Below the pieces are notes generated by a model. It was not told the origin of the DNA, searched no databases, and worked only from the letters and a program-made list of their open reading frames with translations. The position numbers and the translations under genes were made by a program. A stretch of DNA of 42,253 nucleotides, taken from the NCBI GenBank assembly GCA_048939245.1, contig JBHLPR010000016.1, forward strand, positions 1 to 42,253, given 5' to 3'. Below, in pieces: positions 18,944 to 28,524 of this stretch. Positions within the stretch are counted from its first letter, which is position 1; each line of letters starts with the position of its first letter. The DNA comes from Promethearchaeota archaeon. GTDB lineage: Archaea; Asgardarchaeota; Hermodarchaeia; Hermodarchaeales; Hermodarchaeaceae.

Positions 18944-19627
18944 ATGAAAACATGGCATCATACGACACACCTTAAAGATAGATTGCGGACTTGGGGGGCC
19001 TCGGTTATTGGTTTCGCACATCTCGAAGGAATTACATCATACCCCTTCAAAGACTTACCACGAGGCGTTAGCATTGGAGTGAGATTATCTGATGTTATCG
19101 TGGATGAGCTGATCACTGGGCCAACTAAAGTGTATGCTTACCATTATCACATGATGAATCGGTTCCTTGACGATTTAGCCATTAGAACCGTGAACTTGCT
19201 TCAGACGTGGGGGTACAAGGCCTTTCCAATTCCTACCTCACAAACGGTGAATAGGAAAACCCATGAGGGGCATTTATCGCATAAAATGGTTGCTACTCAA
19301 GCCGGATTGGGGTGGATTGGGAAGAATGCCCTTTTGATAACTCCAGAACTTGGTCCAAGGGTTAGATTAACTACGGTGCTAACTACTGCGCCATTGCGTA
19401 CTGGAACACCCATTGTAGAGAGTCAGTGCAAAGAATGTCAAGAATGCGTGAAAGCCTGTCCTGTAGAAGCAATTCGGGGTACAAATTGGTCGATATCGAG
19501 TCAACGAGCAGATTTACTAGATGTTGATCAATGTGCCAAGAAAATTGAGCAAGGGAAAGTTGAGTTAGGGGCACCAGTGTGCGGCGTGTGCATTCAAGCT
19601 TGTCCGAAAGGGAAAAATGATTTGTGA
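18944..19627 (+). CDS. QueG/reductive-dehalogenase-like 4Fe-4S protein
   Basis: SHKMVATQAGLGWIGKNALLITPELGPRVRL; CKECQECVKACP and CGVCIQACP. Confidence 0.85.
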   Translation: MKTWHHTTHLKDRLRTWGASVIGFAHLEGITSYPFKDLPRGVSIGVRLSDVIVDELITGPTKVYAYHYHMMNRFLDDLAIRTVNLLQTWGYKAFPIPTSQTVNRKTHEGHLSHKMVATQAGLGWIGKNALLITPELGPRVRLTTVLTTAPLRTGTPIVESQCKECQECVKACPVEAIRGTNWSISSQRADLLDVDQCAKKIEQGKVELGAPVCGVCIQACPKGKNDL

Positions 19628-19696
19628 GATTCTGGAGAATTCACTCGATGTCTCTGAATGTTCTTATTGATGGTAGAGATTTTTCTGTAGCATGGA

Positions 19697-19909
19697 TTAA
19701 TTGCTTGTAAGCAGAATGGCTTCTAGGGCTAAGATGTAGAGGAATAGGATAATGAGGACCCATGCGACTTCAGGAATTACTAGTGCACTAAGTGCACAAC
19801 TGACCCCCAGCACGGCTAACACGACAAGTAGGAAGCGTGAGAGGGTCTGAATTTCAACGGTCTTCCTTCCTTGTTGTATTTCCGGTGAATTCATTTTCAC
19901 ATCCCTCAT
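19697..19909 (-). CDS. small 2-TM protein
   Basis: 70 aa with two hydrophobic helices. Confidence 0.55.
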   Translation of the reverse strand: MRDVKMNSPEIQQGRKTVEIQTLSRFLLVVLAVLGVSCALSALVIPEVAWVLIILFLYILALEAILLTSN

Positions 19910-19996
19910 GAAAGTCTATAAAACCTTGGGCTTTAAAATTTCGTAAAGAGGCATCGAGATTGCTTCTAGGTCAGTTCCAAGGGTTGAGATCTTTGG

Positions 19997-20203
19997 TTAT
20001 TTCTCTTCGTTGGCACTATTGATCGAGGCGCTGAGCTTGACTTTGCCATCTTTGTCGTCGAGTTCGATGGTGATTTGGGCTTCAACTTTTTTGGTTTGGC
20101 CAGTTTGGATAGGAAAGAGCATAAGCTCAGCGATGCCGTCTAATAGTGAATTGTCTTTTGCGTCGGAACTCATCACATCACCCCGCTGGAGAGGATGTTT
20201 CAA
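19997..20203 (-). CDS. small hypothetical protein (probable start MSSDAK)
   Basis: GGGGTGA SD precedes the internal ATG; protein-like composition. Confidence 0.6.
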   Translation of the reverse strand: MKHPLQRGDVMSSDAKDNSLLDGIAELMLFPIQTGQTKKVEAQITIELDDKDGKVKLSASINSANEEK

Positions 20204-20496
20204 TCAAAAGATGTGCCCAGTTTTCCCTAAGAAAGCTGGTATTACACCGTATTTATAGCTGATACCATTGAGGTTTTCGTAGTTATGTGTTGCTTATGGA
20301 ATGGAGCAGTATGCGCTAGCTCTAAGAGGGTTTTAAGCATTTGACCATGTTTTTACGTCATTGGACTGGAAACGCCCCGCTAAAGGCTTCAAATGGCTAG
20401 AAAAAAGCTGGTTATGCCCGACTGTTGAACCGAGTTTGGTAATACCAGCGGTTAAATTCACTGGTTGAAAAATCAGCTACGTTAATTGACTATTAG

Positions 20497-21444
20497 GTGA
20501 TATTAGTTATGGAACCTGAAGGACTGGCTTATGAATCTCCACCCAATCCGATTCAAACGCTTGTAAATCAAGCGATTGACCGTTTTACTGAATATATTGC
20601 TATTGAACGCGGAGGGAGCTACAAAACTTCCCGCGTCTACCGCTACGATTTGGAAATGTTTTTCAAATTCATTGGTGTGCCACCCCAACAGGTGCAATCT
20701 CACCATGTGCGCATGTTTCTCACCCACTTAAAAACTAATAGGGGTTATTCAAATGCCTCTTTACGTCGGAAACTAGCCTGCCTGCGATCCTTTTTCCATT
20801 TTCTGTTACAAGAAGAGATGATATTAACCGACCCTACAGTCGGCATCAGCACTCCGAAGATAGGCCAGCCACTTCCTCGAGTCATTTCACCAGAGGATGT
20901 CAAGCGTTTGCTCTGGGCTGCGCGAAATTCTGAGAAAAATGCAATCCGTACTCACGCAATTCTTCAGATCCTTTATAGCACGGGAGCACGTGTTTCAGAG
21001 CTGTGCGGGATAGACATCGAGGATATTGATTTTGCCGAGAGTACCATTCGGGTTCGTGGGAAAGGCAACAAGGAGCGGATTGTCCTTTTAACGGTTCCAG
21101 CTATGAATGCGATTATCGAGTATATTCAATTCCGTCCTGCCACGGGACCACTCTTCTTAAACCGTCGAGGTCAACGGCTTTCTCCGTTGACGGTGCAACG
21201 AACAGTGCGGGAAGTTGCTAAACGAGCGGGGGTTACTTCGAAGGTTACACCACATTCGCTGCGTCATTCGTTTGCCACCCATATGCTAGAACGAGGAGCC
21301 GATGTTCGGGTTTTACAGGAACTCCTGGGTCATTCGAACTTAGCGACTACACAAATCTATACTCATGTTTCGTTAGCCCATGAGCGAGCAGTCTTTCAAC
21401 GTACACACCCATTAGCGGAAACTGATCCTGAGGGAGCCTATTAA
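20497..21444 (+). CDS. xerA: XerA (XerC/D-type) tyrosine recombinase
   Basis: N-terminal core-binding domain (RKLACLRSFFHFL); TGARVSE (R), GKGNKER (K), HSLRHSFATH, LLGHSNLATTQIY (H, Y); AGGTGA SD before ATG 20509. Confidence 0.9.
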   Translation: MILVMEPEGLAYESPPNPIQTLVNQAIDRFTEYIAIERGGSYKTSRVYRYDLEMFFKFIGVPPQQVQSHHVRMFLTHLKTNRGYSNASLRRKLACLRSFFHFLLQEEMILTDPTVGISTPKIGQPLPRVISPEDVKRLLWAARNSEKNAIRTHAILQILYSTGARVSELCGIDIEDIDFAESTIRVRGKGNKERIVLLTVPAMNAIIEYIQFRPATGPLFLNRRGQRLSPLTVQRTVREVAKRAGVTSKVTPHSLRHSFATHMLERGADVRVLQELLGHSNLATTQIYTHVSLAHERAVFQRTHPLAETDPEGAY

Positions 21445-21458
21445 CCCACTTGTACCAC

Positions 21459-21492
21459 GGAGAGCTAGAATATTCGCCGATTCTAGCTCTCC
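21459..21492. repeat. perfect 13-8-13 inverted repeat (terminator hairpin or recombinase core site)
   Basis: GGAGAGCTAGAAT-attcgccg-ATTCTAGCTCTCC, 14 nt after the xerA stop, followed by a T tract. Confidence 0.85.
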
Positions 21493-21580
21493 AATACTTC
21501 TTTTTTTGACTATGCGCCTAGCTCTAAAAAAAGTGTCAAGTAACATTTTGACGTAAAATGTAATTCAAACGTTCTATTAT

Positions 21581-21608
21581 TTATTGCATAATATATATTA
21601 TTTATTCG
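21581..21608. other. dif-like 11-6-11 site
   Basis: TTATTGCATAA-TATATA-TTATTTATTCG; inner 16 bp match the bacterial dif core pattern GCATAA-TRTATA-TTAT; outer right arm diverges. Confidence 0.4.
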
Positions 21609-21912
21609 TTCTAGAGAAAATGAGTGTAAAATACAAATATCATAAATATAAATCTAAAAATTTAGGCAGAATTATAATTAAATATTTTATATAAAATATT
21701 GATGCTAAGAACCACAAATATATGTTTGATATATTCTTTTCAGCGAAAACCAATGATGCCAAGACAAATACCTTGTAATAAAAGAAAAAATAATAAACAA
21801 AAGCCTAATTTTATTATTCTATAACTAATGTTTTGAACTTATAATAATTTAACTACTTCATTCTACGGTATTTCAAAAAATCTTAGCGTTTAAGAGGGAG
21901 CAATTCCAAACA

Positions 21913-22521
21913 GTGCATAGAACTTCATCCGTGACATTCATGTCAGAAATTGTTAGTCTTGATCAACTAATTCGCACAATGAAAAAGAGCCCCAACTCGA
22001 TGGAACGGGCCCAAGCAGCACGAGGTATCGGTCACCTCAAAGACCCTTCAGCCGTAAATGCTCTGCTCGAGACACTCTCCGATTCGAATTATGAGGTTCG
22101 AGAAGCCGCCATATGGGCGCTAGAACAAATCCGAGACGAACGCTTGGTTGAAGACCTGATAACGGATTTGAACCATGAAGATCCAGATGTCCGACGAGGA
22201 GTTGCTTATGTGCTGGGCGAAATCGGTGACCGCGAAGCAGTTGAACCTTTGTGCAATGCCTTGTCTGACACTAACCTGTATGTTCGAAAAACAGCCATTG
22301 AATCTCTCGCTTTGATCGGCGATTGGAAAGCTGTGGACCCAATTATAGCCAGATTAGAGGATGAAGACCTTTATGTCCGGCAAGCCGCTGCCAAGGCGTT
22401 AGGTGAGATGGGTGAGATGCGGGCCGAAGAGCCCCTTCAACAGCTTCTAAAAAAGGAACACGAGCTCATTGTCATACATGAAATAAAAGTGGCTTTAGCG
22501 AGACTTGCTGGCGGCGACTAG
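21913..22521 (+). CDS. HEAT/PBS-lyase repeat protein
   Basis: Five units such as LSDSNYEVREAAIWAL and LEDEDLYVRQAAAKALG. Confidence 0.9.
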   Translation: MHRTSSVTFMSEIVSLDQLIRTMKKSPNSMERAQAARGIGHLKDPSAVNALLETLSDSNYEVREAAIWALEQIRDERLVEDLITDLNHEDPDVRRGVAYVLGEIGDREAVEPLCNALSDTNLYVRKTAIESLALIGDWKAVDPIIARLEDEDLYVRQAAAKALGEMGEMRAEEPLQQLLKKEHELIVIHEIKVALARLAGGD

Positions 22522-23133
22522 AAATCTACCTTGCTACTTCGATAAGCCGTTTCACACCGACACTAATTTGGCAAGCTAATAGCCCCTTTGGTTAAGATCA
22601 AGTGAGTTCATCAAAAAATAGATTAACTTAATGTACTTATTTATTATTGTTAAATACTTCTGGACTATTTTGTAAATCAATATTTGTTATTATGTATATT
22701 AAATCTTTATTATATTATTAATATGTTTTCGTTGCATCGAAAATATATGATAAAGAATTATATTCATTAAAATGTTAAAACAATAGATACAATTAAAATC
22801 AAAAAAACAATTAAGTATTTCGATGAGGAGAAAAAATATCATAGATAGAAATAATGTTTTTATCTAACTATAAAATAAAGCATATATAAATTAAAATAAC
22901 TAAAAAGTTTACTAAAAAATTAAACTACAATCTTCAAACATCTTAGCCAATTCCAACCAAGAATAAGAAGCGTATCACTCAAAAATCAGCACTCCCACCA
23001 TTACCAAGCCTGTAATGGATTCACGAAGAACCATCAGTATGACCCACAGCTAGAAGATATTAGTAGAGACGATTCAAGATCGCACTACTCAACTTCATTT
23101 TACAATGACTCGCTATACTAAAAAAATGAGAGA

Positions 23134-23161
23134 GAATAGGAGGACGCAATCTCTCCTATTC
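23134..23161 (-). terminator. hairpin plus T tract downstream of 23196..25076
   Basis: GAATAGGAG...CTCCTATTC 9-bp stem; T7 run follows on the minus strand. Confidence 0.55.
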
Positions 23162-23195
23162 CGTTTCATGAGAAGTTTGGCTTTTTTTCCCAAGT

Positions 23196-25076
23196 CTACA
23201 TGTCTGTCGCTTTGGCGCCACAAGCAGGGCAGAAACTCACGCCCGGAGGTATTAGAGCGCCACAGTTAATACAGGTGGTTTCAGGATAGGATTTGGCTGG
23301 TGCTTCAAATTCATCTGGAAAAGGCTCCTCTGGGGGTGGTTCGTCGGGGAACTCTTTGGCAGGTGGGGGTGCGCTTGATGGCGTGGTCGGTGCTGATGGT
23401 GCACGGTGGACAATACCAAGTATGGCTTTGATGAGCCAGATAATGGCATAGATGGTGATTAAAACGATGATGAGGATTACAGGTATTGACCAAGGTATAT
23501 CCCGCATGATGGTGATGATGAAGTCGATGAGATTGCCATAGACGACGATGAGAAGGCCCTCGTTACTGGATTTATCCCATGTTCTAGCTAATGCGTCTTC
23601 ATAAGTGACATTCGCACGTTGAGCGATAAAACTCCCTTCACCAAAGACTGTAACCTGATAGGTATGATTGAAAGATTCACCTGGATCAATTGAAGCCCAA
23701 TTCGCAGTGAGATCACCGGTGACAACAACCTGAGCAAATGCATATCCTTGGTATAGTGCCCAGCTTTGGCTGTCGTCGAGATTGATATTATAGACGGTTT
23801 GATTGGGATCGATATTTTCCAACGTAATGGTTACCGTAGCGGTTTCACCGATGCGAATAGGCGTGCTGATGGATTTTCTTATGGTGAGTCCTGGGGGAAA
23901 GTCACCTTCAAAGTTGACAATGATGTTAGGAACACTAGAATCGTTTTGCCAGTGTCCGGTTGATCGGATTACCATGACACCTTCAGGCCCAGTGGTATTT
24001 ACCATATCTGTGGGCGTATATGATGTGATATTAACCCCTGAAGGGAAGAGCATGGTGAATTCAAAGGCTTCTAAGGTGGATCCAAAATCGATGCTTCCAG
24101 TGTGCCCTGTGAAATCATTGACATCGAAGGTTTGTTCCGTTGTGCCGAAGAATTTGTCTTGATGTTGGCTACCCCATGCTGCGAAGGTAATAGCTTCAGG
24201 TATTTGCATGACATTTTTCATTGGTGAGGATACAGGGCTACCGCTCATGACTGCAAAATTGATGAATCCGGATAATCCAATTCCACCAGTTGAATCCTCA
24301 GCCAGTGTAGGTGTAATTAGCTCAGTGCCTCCTTCGCGTGAAGCCCCTAATGTTTCCATGTAAGCCTGGAACTGGTCGCGTCCTTGGATATCTATCGGAT
24401 CTTCGCTGGGAATACCATAGTATCCATAGGCTTCGAGGCCCAAAGTCATGTTGGAGATTGGTAAAGCCATACTAAAGATTCGTTCAAAGGGTGTTGCAAG
24501 TGTTGCTTCAAATTCTAGGTGGATGGAATTGCCCCAGGCTTGGATTTCAGCGGCGCTGCCACCCATGAAGACCATGAGGATAGCGTTAGGTGGTAGCAAA
24601 TCAAGTATTTCATATAGCATATCTAGTTCAGAGCCGCCTCCGGTATCATTAGTGAGGAGGGAGAGAAGTCCATTCAGGACGGTTTGGTATTCGCCCCAGC
24701 GGAAGATAGAAAGCGCAAGCAGACATTCCTGATAAGCGGGATCTGTAGTGGTATAGGACCCAACGTCACCCACTGCCATTATTGTGCTTGTCATTGACCC
24801 ATCAGGGTTTATCACAAAAGCTGTGAGATCTGCTTCCCCTTCCATGGTAAAGTTTTGTGCTCGCATCGCCGAAGATATTGGCGGATTTTGATATTGAGCA
24901 AGTTCAGGAGGCGTGGCTAGCTGATAGTTGTGAGGAATACTTTGAGCGGTGGGGAAGAATACTCCACTCACGACAAAGAGTAACCCCAGTGTGGCAACAA
25001 GTATTGTGATGGGTAGCATTCGTGTGATTGGTGTTTTGTGAGAGTATCGTACACGTTTCATATTGTTCGTCTCCAT
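23196..25076 (-). CDS. membrane-anchored surface protein with Ig-like domain, TM, Pro-rich linker and C-terminal zinc ribbon
   Basis: N-terminal hydrophobic helix; GETATVTITLEN Ig-like strand pattern; CINCG...CPACG. Confidence 0.8.
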   Translation of the reverse strand: METNNMKRVRYSHKTPITRMLPITILVATLGLLFVVSGVFFPTAQSIPHNYQLATPPELAQYQNPPISSAMRAQNFTMEGEADLTAFVINPDGSMTSTIMAVGDVGSYTTTDPAYQECLLALSIFRWGEYQTVLNGLLSLLTNDTGGGSELDMLYEILDLLPPNAILMVFMGGSAAEIQAWGNSIHLEFEATLATPFERIFSMALPISNMTLGLEAYGYYGIPSEDPIDIQGRDQFQAYMETLGASREGGTELITPTLAEDSTGGIGLSGFINFAVMSGSPVSSPMKNVMQIPEAITFAAWGSQHQDKFFGTTEQTFDVNDFTGHTGSIDFGSTLEAFEFTMLFPSGVNITSYTPTDMVNTTGPEGVMVIRSTGHWQNDSSVPNIIVNFEGDFPPGLTIRKSISTPIRIGETATVTITLENIDPNQTVYNINLDDSQSWALYQGYAFAQVVVTGDLTANWASIDPGESFNHTYQVTVFGEGSFIAQRANVTYEDALARTWDKSSNEGLLIVVYGNLIDFIITIMRDIPWSIPVILIIVLITIYAIIWLIKAILGIVHRAPSAPTTPSSAPPPAKEFPDEPPPEEPFPDEFEAPAKSYPETTCINCGALIPPGVSFCPACGAKATDM

Positions 25077-25082
25077 GGGTAA

Positions 25083-25718
25083 TTAATCGTGGACGGGTAT
25101 GAGTAACCGTCCAATGAATCCTCCAATCATGGCTGTAACGAGTAAGATAATGAAATTCAACACGGCAGGCAGAATTATCGTATTCACGATAAAGCCCTGA
25201 ATTAAGCCTAGGATGGCATTCGGATCTTGTGCACCACCACCGATTAGATCACCAATGCCTCCAGTTAAGGAGTCGATGAGAGGTCCAATGACTGGAGCCC
25301 CTAGGATATCAAAGAGCGACACATTGGGTGGAATGTTTGAGAGCATACCTACTGGATCTAAACCGCCTCCACCGGACAGTAGAAGGGGAACGATCATAGC
25401 GACTAAACCAATGATAAGCATGAGGAACGCAAGCCCAAAGATGAAGATGACAACTGGGATAGCACCCCAGATGCTTCTAACAAATAAGCCAGTAATAATC
25501 CCAATTACAGCCCAAATGCCAATGTTTGTCACAAACAGAATAGGATTAGCGAATATGAGAAACATGTACATTAGAAAGAACCGTAACCATGGACCAAAAT
25601 ATGGCGCAAGCCATAAGATGATGTTGTTATATTCAGCGGGAATCATGAAGAACGCTATTGAAATGGTAAGCAGAAAGCCGACGGATAATCCGATAAGTTT
25701 TCGTCCCATAGGTCTCAT
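25083..25718 (-). CDS. multi-TM hypothetical membrane protein
   Basis: 211 aa, very hydrophobic; 6 bp from the next gene. Confidence 0.75.
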   Translation of the reverse strand: MRPMGRKLIGLSVGFLLTISIAFFMIPAEYNNIILWLAPYFGPWLRFFLMYMFLIFANPILFVTNIGIWAVIGIITGLFVRSIWGAIPVVIFIFGLAFLMLIIGLVAMIVPLLLSGGGGLDPVGMLSNIPPNVSLFDILGAPVIGPLIDSLTGGIGDLIGGGAQDPNAILGLIQGFIVNTIILPAVLNFIILLVTAMIGGFIGRLLIPVHD

Positions 25719-25824
25719 TCCTTACAAGTTCGTAGATATTTTGTCTCTCCGAAAACACGCCTATTAAAGTTTCTTGCCGACAAAAAGCATGACACAGTCC
25801 GTATGCTAATCTCAATAGTTGAGT

Positions 25825-28524
25825 TTAGCGTGTACTTTGAATGAATGCTGTTGTTTTGTGTTGTTCCTTTTCCCATTTCTTCCGAGCTGATCGTAGTTTG
25901 AATAGGTTTACTTCTTTGAAAATGAGGTCTTCTTTCCCAGGTTGAATCATCCTAGTTTCGCGATCCTTTTCTGGTGAATAAATTAATGATTCACCGAATT
26001 CAGCTACATTAACAAAGAAGCTGTAGGCATAAATGGAACGACGCGCATCGAAGTGGATCGCTTTGAAATCTTCGGTGACCGGAGTGAAAGCGGGATTGAT
26101 GATAATATCGATGGGAGGCTCGAAGTTCTTTAGTTCTACACGTAGATCCATATCCAAAAAATCGCGACAAATAATGATTGCAATCCGCCCATACTCGGTA
26201 TTGGCGATGATTACTGGCATTGGAGTTGATTCAGTAGCAATTCCTTCTACAATGCGTTTTTGTTTGAAATGAATTGTGGCCGGTATGTGCTTCAATTGTT
26301 TCCATAAAACTCCTTCTGGTGAAATGATAGTGCATATATTCTGCTGGGTGTCGATTTTATGATATGACCCGGGAATAAGGTACATATCGTAAGTTTTTGC
26401 TAGAGCAAATACTTCGTCTCGTAAGGATTTCGAATTGAGATCTATTGTAAGTTCAGGGAACGCTAAGACTTTGATATCTTGCGCTGCAGCCTTTTCCACA
26501 ATATTCCGAAGAGTTGTTGTGATTGTTTCGATTTTTTCATTTCGAAGTCTAAAAAGCCCTGGTGCTTCTTCATAATAGAATTCGTGAAGGATATCGCCAG
26601 AGTTGGATAATCCGATTTGGGCAATACCAATTTTGAATACCGATTTTTCATGTTTCGAACTATCTTTTAGTAAATCGAGATATACGAGCTTGTATTTCTT
26701 TTTCGCTAGAAGATTGATAGCTCCTCTTTCGTCCATGAGATCGGAAACAGTTTCCTGAATCATTCGTTCTAGGAGGGCATCCAATTTGGTAATTTCTACC
26801 AGTTCTTGCTTTGATGGTTTCTCTTTTACGAGAAGATCCCATTTTTGCATTTGCGAGTTGAGAAGTTTTCGTTCTTCATCAAGCGTTTGTGTGAGTTTTT
26901 CTAATCCAGTTTCAATTGAGATTGTTTGAGCTTGGGTGAGGAGTTTGTTTGCCCGGCCCATATCCATTTCTAGGAGGGCGAGTTTGGATTGGAGTAAGTA
27001 GGTTTCAGCGAGTAAAGAATGAGAAGATTGTTGCTTGGCAATTACTAGAAGATGCTGTGCTAGTTTGGTAATATCTGTTATCAGTTCGCTTTCGCCGGTT
27101 AACTTTAGTTCAGATATTAGCAGGTCGCTAAGATGGATCATGGCAGTAACTGTGAGTGAATGGTCTCCAATTTCTTCATTGACCACACTCTCGAGTATTT
27201 CTGTCGCTTTGAGCTTTTGACGCGTCCTCCTGCTAGATTTAAGAATGAGAGCTTGAGCTACTCTGAACCGTTGGTTGATGATACGGTTTTCTGTGCGAGC
27301 ATCAATCTCTTTAAGCTGTGTTAAATACCGTTCAACAAGTTCGGAGTCGTTTCTTTCAAGAGCGACCCAGATTAATTCAAGTAGAACAATAGCTGTTAGG
27401 AAATCGTTTCCAAATTCTTCATAATGAACTAAACTCTGCTGATAATATTTTAGGGATTGATGAAGATTACCTTTCTTTCGATAGACTTCGCCAATATTCG
27501 CAAGCAAGAGGGCAATGTTTTCTTTTATCCCTAATGCTTCGTAAATCTTAAGCCCCTTCTCAAATAGTTCGAGCGCTTGATCTAACCCGCCTTTCAATTC
27601 GTAGATACTTCCAAGGTTATTAAGCGCTAGTGCAATATCCGTTTGATTACCAGTTTGCTCACTTATCTCAAAACTGCGTTGATAATATTCTTGTGCTTGA
27701 TTAAGGTCGCCTTTTTGCTGATAGACAACACCTAGATTAATCAGAGACAAAGCGATGTCGTGTTGATTACCGGCGGCTACTTTAATAGCAAAACTCCGTT
27801 GCTGATAATCCAATGCCTTAGTAAGATCACCCATCCTTGTATAACAATTCCCCAAATTAGTCAGGGTTATTCCAATGCTTTTCTGATTACCAAGTTCTTC
27901 ATTTGCAGCGAGGGCACGATGATAAAATTCCAATGCTTGGGGAATATCTCCTTTCGACCAATAAACTAATCCTAGATTGTTGAAGGTGCTTGCTATACCT
28001 GCTTTATCCTCTAATGATTCTTTAATTTCTAGACTCCTGAGGTGATCGTCGAGGGCAATATTCAGCGCTCCTTTGTACCAATGCACTACTCCACGATGGT
28101 GTAGCAGCTCCCCTTTTCTTTGCTTGACTTCTTTCTCATATTTGGGGTCAATTTTCTTCAAAAGGATTAGTCCTTTTTCAACCGTTTCAGAGGCTGCGTC
28201 CAGGCGAGCTGAACGCCATTCGATTTCTGCACGAAGAACTAGCACATCTACCATAAGCAAGGGATTCGATTCAGCAAGAGGGGATTTAATGAGAGAGCTA
28301 AGCTTTGCGCTAGCTTGCTTTAGCTCTCCAACATCGATTTGAAGTTGAGTAGCAAGTAATTGAACGGAAAAGGTGTCCTGCGAAGATAATTTCGTAGCGG
28401 AGAGTTTGTGCAGGCGCTCTAATGCGACAGGATATTCACCTTGCTCTCTTAGTTTTCTAATGGTCGCTAGTTGCTTCTGCACCGCCTTGGACAAAGTAAA
28501 TTCATCCGAATGATGATTAACCAC
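25825..28524 (-). CDS. TPR-repeat protein fused to a C-terminal carbon-nitrogen hydrolase (nitrilase-fold) domain
   Basis: Multiple 40-aa TPR units (IA-xL-NNLG-xY-xxKG-xLxxAL-xxY); IGIAQI, FPE (Glu), QLKH (Lys), IICRDF (Cys). Confidence 0.85.
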   Translation of the reverse strand: MVNHHSDEFTLSKAVQKQLATIRKLREQGEYPVALERLHKLSATKLSSQDTFSVQLLATQLQIDVGELKQASAKLSSLIKSPLAESNPLLMVDVLVLRAEIEWRSARLDAASETVEKGLILLKKIDPKYEKEVKQRKGELLHHRGVVHWYKGALNIALDDHLRSLEIKESLEDKAGIASTFNNLGLVYWSKGDIPQALEFYHRALAANEELGNQKSIGITLTNLGNCYTRMGDLTKALDYQQRSFAIKVAAGNQHDIALSLINLGVVYQQKGDLNQAQEYYQRSFEISEQTGNQTDIALALNNLGSIYELKGGLDQALELFEKGLKIYEALGIKENIALLLANIGEVYRKKGNLHQSLKYYQQSLVHYEEFGNDFLTAIVLLELIWVALERNDSELVERYLTQLKEIDARTENRIINQRFRVAQALILKSSRRTRQKLKATEILESVVNEEIGDHSLTVTAMIHLSDLLISELKLTGESELITDITKLAQHLLVIAKQQSSHSLLAETYLLQSKLALLEMDMGRANKLLTQAQTISIETGLEKLTQTLDEERKLLNSQMQKWDLLVKEKPSKQELVEITKLDALLERMIQETVSDLMDERGAINLLAKKKYKLVYLDLLKDSSKHEKSVFKIGIAQIGLSNSGDILHEFYYEEAPGLFRLRNEKIETITTTLRNIVEKAAAQDIKVLAFPELTIDLNSKSLRDEVFALAKTYDMYLIPGSYHKIDTQQNICTIISPEGVLWKQLKHIPATIHFKQKRIVEGIATESTPMPVIIANTEYGRIAIIICRDFLDMDLRVELKNFEPPIDIIINPAFTPVTEDFKAIHFDARRSIYAYSFFVNVAEFGESLIYSPEKDRETRMIQPGKEDLIFKEVNLFKLRSARKKWEKEQHKTTAFIQSTR

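Noticed and set aside
20497-21444. Integron integrase or prophage integrase
   Set aside because: Lacks the IntI-specific insertion before the HxLRH box; no attC array, tRNA target or viral genes are adjacent
25213-25767. 184-aa plus-strand ORF and the many other short antisense ORFs in the track (e.g. 2379..2888, 23803..24162, 38746..39069)
   Set aside because: They are shadows of well-supported genes on the opposite strand or frame, with no motifs
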